From Octopus vulgaris (lineage: Eukaryota), in NCBI GenBank assembly GCA_951406725.2, contig OX597816.1, forward strand, positions 28,892,001 to 28,956,000: a stretch of 64,000 nt of DNA. Reading direction: 5' to 3'. Numbering within the stretch: the first letter of the stretch is position 1; every line of letters begins with the position of its first letter. Positions 54,258-64,000 of this stretch are shown here, piece by piece. Under the pieces are notes generated by a model. It saw nothing but the letters and a program-made list of their open reading frames with translations, had not been told where the DNA came from and made no database searches. The position numbers and the translations under genes were made by a program.

Positions 54258-54261
<4 letters not shown>
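53082..54261. mobile_element. ~1.2 kb non-coding element with ~300-bp terminal direct repeats, inserted in (TA)n
   Basis: 53082-53380 is nearly identical to 53964-54261; purine-rich spacer; (TA)n on both flanks. Confidence 0.8.
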
Positions 54262-54317
<56 letters not shown>

Positions 54318-54368
54318 TCAATAAATGGTGGGGTTGTGTTGACCGCACGTGGAGAAATGATAAGTAAG

Positions 54369-54735
<367 letters not shown>

Positions 54736-54755
54736 CATATACATACATACATACA

Positions 54756-55047
54756 TGCGCAAAGGCCCAGTGGTTAGGACAGAGGACTCGCCATCGTAGG
54801 ATCGCGGTTTCGATTCCCAGAGCGGGCGTTGTGTGTGTTTATTGAGCGAAAATACCTGAAAGCTCCACGACAGGTGGTGGTAATCCCTGCTGTACTCTTT
54901 CACCACACTTTCTCTCACTTTTTCGTCTGTTGGCCTGCTCGCTTAGCCAGCGGGGTGGCGTCATTCGAAGGCTAAAACAATGCGAACGTATTGTGACCAG
55001 CGATGTGTAGCAACATCTGATGGTCTGGTCGGTCACGTGATCACGTG

Positions 55048-55048
<1 letters not shown>
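54756..55048 (+). mobile_element. tRNA-derived SINE sharing the family C head, with a different 3' half
   Basis: ggcccagtggttagg / ggtttcgattcc boxes, tgtgtgtttattgagcgaaa; ends ggtcacgtgatcacgtga. Confidence 0.85.
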
Positions 55049-55086
<38 letters not shown>

Positions 55087-55248
55087 GCCTTATGTTGGAC
55101 CATAAATCCCTACGCGTGTTTTTCTCTCCGTTTCTCCCCGTGTTCTTTCCATTCCTCGCGCGCGTTAACTTAATACACCGGCTTGTTCCTTCACCTGTCT
55201 TCGTCCATTGTTTACTGTAAATTAGAACTATATGCATACATACATACA

Positions 55249-55282
<34 letters not shown>

Positions 55283-55609
55283 CATACATACATATATATA
55301 TATACATACGTAAATCACGAACGATGTTAATGGGTGCTCAACACCGCATTGGTGGATATCATATGTTATTTGTGAAACAAGGCTACCCAATATGCGATCA
55401 GTAACGCACATGTGTAGGTAGACACACAATAGGCACCCACTCCTACCAAAATTCTTAATATAAATTCTTTGTATGACCTTAAACGATACTAGGCCCAACC
55501 ACACACATAGATAAACAGCCACAAACACACACACACACACGTGCTATCATTACACACATACAAAGACCTGCGCGCACGCACATACCCGCACATCACACAC
55601 ACACACACA

Positions 55610-55885
55610 CACCTCCTTCTCTTACACTCTCCTCTCTTTGAAATAAATTTTTCTTCGCCTATTCCATTCCGGTCATTTCAATATGTGACCGCGTGTGTAT
55701 CGTTGGCGATTTTCTTTCTCCGCCTTCCCTTCTTTGGACATTTTCTATACTTCTGATGAAGAGCTCCGCTCGAAAGGTGAAATTATCTTTCTTTCCTTTC
55801 CTTTCCTGGGCGCCTAATAGCACTGTACTTATTCCACATCCTCGCGTTGTTGTTTTTTCATGCCTGTTCATGTTTGGATTAACTA
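55610..55885 (+). mobile_element. Short pyrimidine-rich repeat with hammerhead-like core (55749-55785), ending in (TA)n
   Basis: CUGAUGA-a-gagc(ucc)gcuc-GAAA; cleavage-site region decayed (ggtga). Confidence 0.6.
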
Positions 55886-55898
55886 TATATATATGATA

Positions 55899-55999
<101 letters not shown>

Positions 56000-58600
56000 G
56001 ATAAAGAGATAGCGGGGGAGAGATACCTAGAAAGATAGAGTGAGACATGCCGATATATGTTAATTGTGTGTATGGAAATATGTATATATACGTACATATA
56101 CCAGCATACGTCTACGCAAGCACATACACGCACACTCACACGCGCGCGCACACACACACGCATATAGGCATTACTACATGGATATTTTCTTATATAGATA
56201 TGTGTCATTATATGTGGATTATTTGTGTGTGCTTGTGCGAGTGCCTGTTTGTGTACGTGCGGGCATTTAAAAGCCTGATGGTTGGATAAATTTATCTACG
56301 TAATATAGCATTGGTTGTATCTCTTCATATCAAGAAGTGTGCAATTTTTGTGATATGTGAAGTATCAATGTTCTTGGACCCATATTTATACACGATGGTT
56401 GACCGTATATTTTACGTGGGACGAATTCAACCCTTATATCATTGGGCTACACTCGTCACTTGTAGAAGATACTTGTAATAAATATCACACACTAGTGACG
56501 AACTTGTGAAACTCACGTACACACCGACCCGCCCACACACACTCACACACATATACTTACTTATTTTCTCATACATGTATGTGTGCGGAAGGGAAGTTGT
56601 TTTTTGCTAATCTCCTAGTTCTAAATTGCGAAAATATTTTGAGAACAATTGAAAGCGAGATATAAAAGAAATATCAATGGATGTGATATGATTTTTTGTT
56701 ACGTAGACATGGTGGAATATAATAACTTGAGTCCATTATATATTTAACAAATATGACTAACATTGAACAATAGAAAAATATGTTCAGAAATGCTTTTACA
56801 CACAATATCAATTAAGCTAAAAGATTCATGATATTTACCGGTGTTATATTCAATTCTTCATGGGAGCGATGTTGTTGAAGCCTTTTTCAACTACAATTGT
56901 CTAGCATACATGCCTTTTTTAATAATCACTAATAGAAATTGAAATTCTATAAAAAATGCAAGTCATTAATTTATTATTATGAATTGGACAATTAAATATC
57001 GAGCAATCCTATTAAAACTTCATATACTAATATAATAGAGTAATTTACTACATTTTGAATTCGTACCGTGCTCAGTCGGATAACATTTTCAATCAGAAGC
57101 CATGTAGCGATGTGTAACATTCTATAAATATAGCTTTCTTTCGACATTATCAATGGAGACTTTATCTCGTATGATATTTTTTTTTCATTATATTCCAACA
57201 TAAATCAGTTGTGAGTTTACTGGAAATTAATTTTCGTTATTTACTTTTTCGTGATGTAATAGATTGATGCAGTCATTTAGAAGCCTTTTATTGATAGCTA
57301 TGCCTTTTGATGCTCATTCTAGTTTAGTTCCATTTATATTTTTTTAAGAGAACATTCGCAACTTAAAACGTTTAGGGAAGGTATTTACATCACTGAAACT
57401 ATTTCTTTGTACTTATGAACATATCTTTCCGCTTTGATAACTGTCTAATATTTACCCAATATTAGGAGCATTAAAAATTACTTGAGAATCTATATCTAGT
57501 TCCTGTTTAATTCTTAGTCATAACAGTGGGTCATGACCTACGAGAAAGATGAAGTTGCAGTGACTGCTTTTCCATTTGAACCTGCCTGTTTTTAAAGTTT
57601 TAAAAATATTTGCAGTGAATACCAGCGATTTGGCGTTCTGAAGAGAGAGAGCGAATGGGAGAGAAAGGGGCCGAGAGAAATGGAGAGAGAGGACGAGGAA
57701 GAGAGAGGGGAGTGAAAGAAGGGGGGTGTTTGTGTGTGAGAGAGAGAGTGTGTGTATGTTAGAGAGAGAGTATGTTTGTGTGAGAGAGAGAGAGGCTGTA
57801 TGTGTTTGTGTGTGTGAGAGAGAGAGAGTGTGTATGTGTGTGTATGTGTGTGTGCGTGTGAGAGAGAGAGAGAGAGCGAAATATATAACGTTATTAGGGA
57901 CAGCTTTTCACATATGATGACAGGCAGATAAGGCCTGATACTTCTCGGGGATGGTCAAAGTGAGACGTTTAAGTTGATAACCTCTGTTAATCACTCGGAT
58001 TACCTTTGTTGCATACAAAGGCGTTTTCATATGTGACTGTACGTACGTCGAAAGGCTTATACGAGTGTTGAAGACGAACAGCAAATGATCAGAGATAAAA
58101 TAATTTCTAAGATGAAAACGAAAGCTATGTTTTAGAAGCAGATATAGTTATGTTAACTACTTCAACATTCCTGGAATGGTCATAGAATAATGCAACACCC
58201 TGTGCCGGTAGCGCTAACGAGCAATTTAATGATCTGATTCACTACAAAAGTAGAAGATCAGATATATTTCTCTTCAAAAGATTGTTGGCTGTATTACGTC
58301 TATAAAACGAGATTTGATATTTATGTACTTATTGAGGGAATTTCAAAAACTGTGTCTAAGTTCTATGTGAGTAAATCCTAGAACTAAGGAGATGTGAAAA
58401 GTTACATCAATAAACGCTTAATTTGCTTTAAAAGATATAGTTTTAAAGAGACCACATATACACCAAGAGAGAAATGTGGTAGTAATTATTGAATACTCAG
58501 GTACACTAAGGTTTCCAAAAGATCGAAAGAAAGTTTTCTTGTACCTCCTACTGCAATTGTCCTATCTGATTATAAAACAAACAAACAAAAATACACTATA

Positions 58601-58775
58601 GGCGTAGGAGTGGCCGCGTGGTAAGTAGCTTGTTTACCAACCACATGGTTCCGGGTTCAGTCCCACCGCGTGGTACCCTGGGCAAGTGTCTGCTACTATA
58701 GCCTCGGGCCGACCAAAGCCTTGTGAGTGGATTTGGTAGATGGAAACTGAAAGAAGCCCGTCGTATATATATATG

Positions 58776-58838
<63 letters not shown>

Positions 58839-59055
58839 CTGTGTTTGTACCCCCAACATCGCTTGATAACCAATGCTGATGTGTTTGCGTCCCCGAGACT
58901 TAGCGGTTCGGCAAATGAGACCGATAAAATAAGTACTAGGCTTACAAAGAATAATGGGGTCGATTTGGTCGACTAAAGGTGGTGCTCCAGCATGGCCACA
59001 GTCAAAATGACTGAAACAAGTAAAAGAGTAAAAGAGAGTAAAAAGAGTAAAGAGT
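58601..59055 (+). mobile_element. SINE family A
   Basis: Head to tail match. Confidence 0.9.
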
Positions 59056-59262
59056 ATACAAACTATACAACCTATAGTAGACATACCTCATTAGGCAAAT
59101 TTTTTGATGGTGTTTTATTTATCATTGTTGATGATGCCGAATATGCGACAAAAGATAGAGTGCTTCAAGCAATAATATTTCTATCGGTGTTTCTCCCCTG
59201 CTCAAATTTTGATAAAAAACACACACATGATCAATTTTACATTTACTGTGCATATATTATCA

Positions 59263-59664
59263 TATGGCTCAGAAACCTGGACGTTATCAAAGAAGCTTGA
59301 GAGGCGGTTGGATGGAACCTACACTCACCTCCTTATGAGAGCTCAAAATCTCTCGTGGAAGCGCCATCCAACCAAAATGCAAATATAGGGGAAACTACCA
59401 CCTGTGTCATCTCTCGTGAAAGGTAGGAGAGTCCAGTTTGCTTGACATTGTTGTAGAGCTGAAAAAGAGGTAATTTCTACTCTTCTCCTCTGGATGCCAT
59501 CTACTCGCCATACCAGAGGGCGCACACTCTCCTACCCTGATGTAATCTCCAGGGATACAGACATCCAGCAACAGGAACTCCGTAATGCCATGATGGACTG
59601 TGAAGTCTGGCGTAGCATGGTAAATTCCATTGTCTCGACCACGGTCGAACAATGATGATAATGA
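59263..59664 (+). mobile_element. 5'-truncated RTE-clade LINE 3' end
   Basis: YGSETWTLSKKLERRLDGTYTHLLMRAQNLSWKRHPT...RRVQFA*HCCR...AMMDCEVWR...; two internal stops; (TGA)n-like tail. Confidence 0.88.
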
Positions 59665-61148
59665 CCAAACGCTTTCTTCACCACATTTAAATATGATACA
59701 ATGTGGCTTAATTGCTATTTCTTGAAGATCTAGCAACTACGTAGTAGCTCACTCATGTACAAATTACCTTAATGTTTAATGACTTCTCATTTGATGGACA
59801 TAAGCGATATCCCCTTATTTAGGACGTTCAAGATGTCATTTCGTGTGAACAGCGTAATCTTTAAGGCTTTCGGAAACTTTGAGGAGATATAAATTTGAAG
59901 ACATGAATTTATATGCGTTGTTTAAAGACCAGTAGTTATATATCACATAAATGATAGTACGATTGCGTGTGACTTAGAGATCCATTGTTATAAGCAGACC
60001 ATGCTTCCGTCGTTCTGACAACCATGTTACTTCTTGTGAAGAGCAATTTTTCAGACCATTTCGTGTAGTAATAATATCTAAATTTGCTGTGCAGTTAGTT
60101 ATAGAAGGCCTTGATATCACTGTGTTAACCAAATGGTAATAAGGTGGACTTGACAGAGCGCGAATTATTTTCTTATACCCGTATTTTTACTTGTGTACAG
60201 TGTTCTATTTGTGAGAGTTAAAGAGGGTACTTCTATTACATATATTTCTGTATATACGTTTTTTTTACGTTTGGCAAGAGTGAGAGACAATGTGATTTGG
60301 GTCTATGTCGTATATAACAGTAACTGCACAATAATTTCTGATGCAAAATATGCTGCTTTGTGATCTCTGTAGTGCGTTTATTTGTACTATTTTCAGAGTC
60401 TGCAGCAGATAAATGATGAGGTAGTTGAACTGAACAGACAGAAAATCATAACAAACATATTTATTACATGCGAATGTTTTTACTTCTAAATATTTCCTTC
60501 GATGGTCATTAGTTTCGCAATGTCGGATAATTATTGCAGATAAGTGGTGTAAAAAAATGTTTGCTGGATACTTAATGTGTTTGGAGTGAATCCTAATAAA
60601 CAAAATATCAAAATATAAAGAAGGAGATAATAATTATATTTTCAATCTATTCCATGCAGTGATATTAATGTACGCACATGTAACTTGATGTCTACACAAG
60701 AAATATTGGAGTGGACTAGTTACCATGGAAATTCGTATCTGGTCAGTATAGTAGCAACTATATAAAATCTTCAAAAGGCTGGCAAAGTTATCTTAGTAAT
60801 ATAAGATTTATGCGTTCTGTCGAACATTCAATTAATCCCAGGGAGAAAAAAATAGATATCAACCAGAATATTAATAGCGTATATTGTGAAGAAAATTGAC
60901 TTTTGTCAATAGAATAAATTAAAAATATAAAACTTTCACCATGAAATATTGATTAAGGAATTTTAGCCCCGAAAATATGTAATTTTTGCTGATCTCACTT
61001 CACTACCTTTAACGTATCCAGAATTCATTAAACATTTCTCATCATGTTATACAAATGAATTATAGTGTTCCCGGTTTCATAATCAATATTCCAGGCAAAA
61101 CAAAAATGATGGCAAAAAAATATATAGATGTGGAAAAACAATAGTTAT

Positions 61149-61364
61149 GCAGAATCGTTAGCACGCCGGGCGAAATGCGTAGCTGTATTTCGTCTGCCGT
61201 TACGTTCTGAGTTCAAATTCCACCGAGGTCGACTGTGCCTTTCATCCTTTCGGGGTCGATAAATAAAGTACCAGTTTCACACTGGGGTCGATGTAATCGA
61301 CTTAATCCCTTTGTCCTTGTTTGTCCCCTCTGTGTTTAGCCCCTTGTGGGTAGTAAAGAAATAT
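61149..61364 (+). mobile_element. SINE family B
   Basis: Core and tail match. Confidence 0.9.
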
Positions 61365-61645
61365 ATATAATTGTAGATAAACTCTATACCACAGCATACG
61401 CGTAAAAATATTACGTATATACATACATACGTGCATACATGCATATATGCATTCGGATACACGCATACACACACGTATATGCATTTATGTGTATGAGTTT
61501 ATTTGTGTATTAGTCAGCATTACGAAGTGTTTTACAGTGTAAGATGATTTTGTAATAGCCTTACTGATGTATTAGAGTACACGAATAATACAATAACTTG
61601 ATTTACGTTTATGAACTTGCTTTGCAAGATTCCTGATGTGAAGTG

Positions 61646-61947
61646 TTATATTTTGGGACAGTCATTTTTTTCCTTGCCAAATAAAGACACAAAGTATAAC
61701 TGCGTTCTTCACTTGTTTATTATTGTTCTTAAGTCCGCTGTTTGGAGATCTTTCGACACAGATCTGTGATCTTTTTGGCGATTCTTCCATCTACGTGTAT
61801 CCTCCTGTTCCGTTTAGTCCATTAGAATAGACGAAAGTTTTCCAGACAATGAAATTAAGAAGAACAATAATAAATGAGTGAAGATCGAAGTATATATTGT
61901 GTGTGTGTTCATTTGGCAGTAAGATAAATGACCATCCCGAAATATAA
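61646..61947. mobile_element. Inverted pair of a short repeat related to the 48301-48520 element
   Basis: cttcacttgtttattattgttctt / aagaacaataataaatgagtgaag arms. Confidence 0.65.
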
Positions 61948-62034
61948 AAATACAATAACGTGAGACTTCCACAATATTACCTCAAGAACCAACGTAGAAA
62001 GTAAACGAAAGTATATTTTTCTCACATAGAAATA

Positions 62035-62184
62035 TTGGTTTCAAATTTTGGCAGCAGGCCAATAATTTCGGGTAGGAGTAAAGTCGATTACATCGATACC
62101 ACTGCATAACAGGTACTCATTTTATTGATCCATAGATGGTGAAAAGTAAAGTCGACCTCAGCGTGATTTGAACTCAGAACGTAA
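62035..62184 (-). mobile_element. Diverged SINE family B fragment
   Basis: aagtcgattacatcga, aaagtcgacctc, tttgaactcagaacg. Confidence 0.75.
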
Positions 62185-62682
62185 ATCTTAGTTAGAAACA
62201 TTAGAAATGCTGGTGTGTCTTTTTAGTTCTTGGCCATTGCTATGTATTCTGGAGATTTATGGGTTTAGAATGTAGTTCTTTATGTAGGCTTATGTGAAGA
62301 AGGAGGGAAACAGCGTAGGTGTGTGTATGAACATTTGTGTGAGTATGTGGTTGTGTGTGTCATGAGAGAGAAAGAGACTGTGTATGTGCGCGCGCCCAGG
62401 CCCACGCCTACGCGAGTGTGTGGTCTAGCGTATCTGTTCGTGTAGTTGAGTTTCCGTAAGTGTGTGTGTTCGTATGTGTGCGTGAACGTTTGAGTGTTTA
62501 TTTTTTATGGTATTCCAGCTTTGCCGCTGTAAAGCGGCTCAGTCTCATGGAAAACTAAGACGCATAATGCTGCTGAACATCAAAAACAAGACACACATGA
62601 AAATCAGGCAGCACAAAAAAACCAAATATACTGAAGAACACAATCTCACCACATGAGATGAAAGGTCCAGACTTATAGAATA

Positions 62683-62912
62683 AGGCGGCGAGCTGGCAGA
62701 AATGTTAGCACGCCGGGCGAAATGCTTAGCAGTATTTCGTCTGCCGTTACGTTCTGAGTTCAAATTCCGCCGCGGTGGACTTTGCCTTTCATCCTTTCGG
62801 GGTAGATTAAATAAGTACCAGTTACGCACTGGGGTCGATATAATCGACTTAATCCGTTTGTCTGTCCTTGTTAGTCCTCTCTGTGTTTAGCCCCTTGTGG
62901 GTAGCAAAGATA
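62683..62912 (+). mobile_element. SINE family B with 14-bp TSD
   Basis: TSD tccagacttataga at 62666-62679 and 62916-62929. Confidence 0.92.
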
Positions 62913-63221
62913 AGATCCAGACTTATAGAGCTCATCCAACAAGAACGCCACCACGTAAACCATTCTTGTAAAAAACACTTTAGCCAAAAGTTAAAGTGAA
63001 TGAGGCAACAACAGGGAAAAGAGCATGGGAAAAAACCAAAGCGGATCCCTAAACAACATCGCCGGATATTAATATTGGATTGTAGGCTGCCAGGCGATTT
63101 CAACGAACGCCGATACACTCACTCACACAGGAAGGAAAGAACACCTATCCACACACATCTACACACACACACCATGCATACACACGTACACACAGAGGCA
63201 TGCGTATATACCCGCACACAA

Positions 63222-63452
63222 GGCGGAGAGCTGGTAGAAACGTTAGCACCTCGGGCGAAATGCTTAGCGGTATTCCGTCTGCCGTTACGTTGTGAGTTCA
63301 AATTCCGCCGAGGTCGACTTTACCTTTCATCCTTTCGGGGTCGATAAATTAAGTACCAGTTACGCACTGGAGTCGATGTAATCGACTTAATACCTATGTC
63401 TGTCCTTGTTTGTCCCTTCTATGTTTAGCCCCTTGTGGGTAATAAAGAAATA
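63222..63452 (+). mobile_element. SINE family B with 17-bp TSD
   Basis: TSD gtatatacccgcacaca at 63204-63220 and 63454-63470. Confidence 0.92.
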
Positions 63453-64000
63453 GGTATATACCCGCACACACACACACACATACATCCATGGTAAAAGATC
63501 CACAAGTACACACACTTCATACCTTCACAGTCTCATGATCTTACAAGCACGCACACACACACACACATCCTGGAATATACTCAAATAAATAAGAAAACAC
63601 ACGTTCACTCACACACATACGAACATACACTCTCATTAACAGAACCAACTCACTCACACGAGCACACTAGAACACACATTGGCACACGCACACACTCACA
63701 CACACACACACACACACACAAACACATAAACATGCCTGCAGGCGCAGATGCTCAGACACACGCGCCGGACATATAGATGCCCACACTCGAGCACACAGAC
63801 GCTCACACGCGCACATGTCTTGTTCGTCCGCTTCACCTCCTCCACCTCATATAATATCTACACCCTAAGCCCATAAATCTTCAGCAGACATGAGGCTGAC
63901 CAAGACCTGAATCGACAAACGGCTGAACCCTTAAAGAGGTCACGGATAGCAAGAGCACTCCTATCCACAAACACAAACACGCATTCAAGAAGTCACATGG

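Noticed and set aside
56500-56525. GUGACGA...GAAAC...GUA motif
   Set aside because: 2-bp stem II and no stem I; likely chance.

Overview
Eukaryotic, AT-rich, repeat-dominated DNA with no intact protein-coding gene that I can support. The SINE families and microsatellite density resemble an octopus/cephalopod genome (inference from recognition, not a search). Nearly all listed ORFs are microsatellite or SINE read-throughs. Contents: about 27 copies of three tRNA-like SINE families; fossil transposons (Tc1 N-terminus, internally deleted mariner, non-autonomous Helitrons, an R4/Dong-type 3' end in (TAA)n, an RTE 3' end, a Penelope-type endonuclease remnant); a ~12.1 kb near-identical tandem duplication across a 100-N gap (probably uncollapsed haplotypes); and a possible decayed minus-strand exon chain at 39.8-41.7 kb. 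The main unexplained signal is a set of about ten minimal type I hammerhead-ribozyme (HHR) motifs or relics from several unrelated short non-coding elements, concentrated at 44-56 kb and mostly next to (TA)n tracts. One HHR (49794-49869, minus strand) retains all core motifs and lies in a ~0.5 kb unit present as two inverted, circularly permuted copies, suggesting a Penelope-like or retrozyme-like family of self-cleaving elements. Repeat coordinates were read by eye and may be off by a few bases; nothing was folded or searched computationally.
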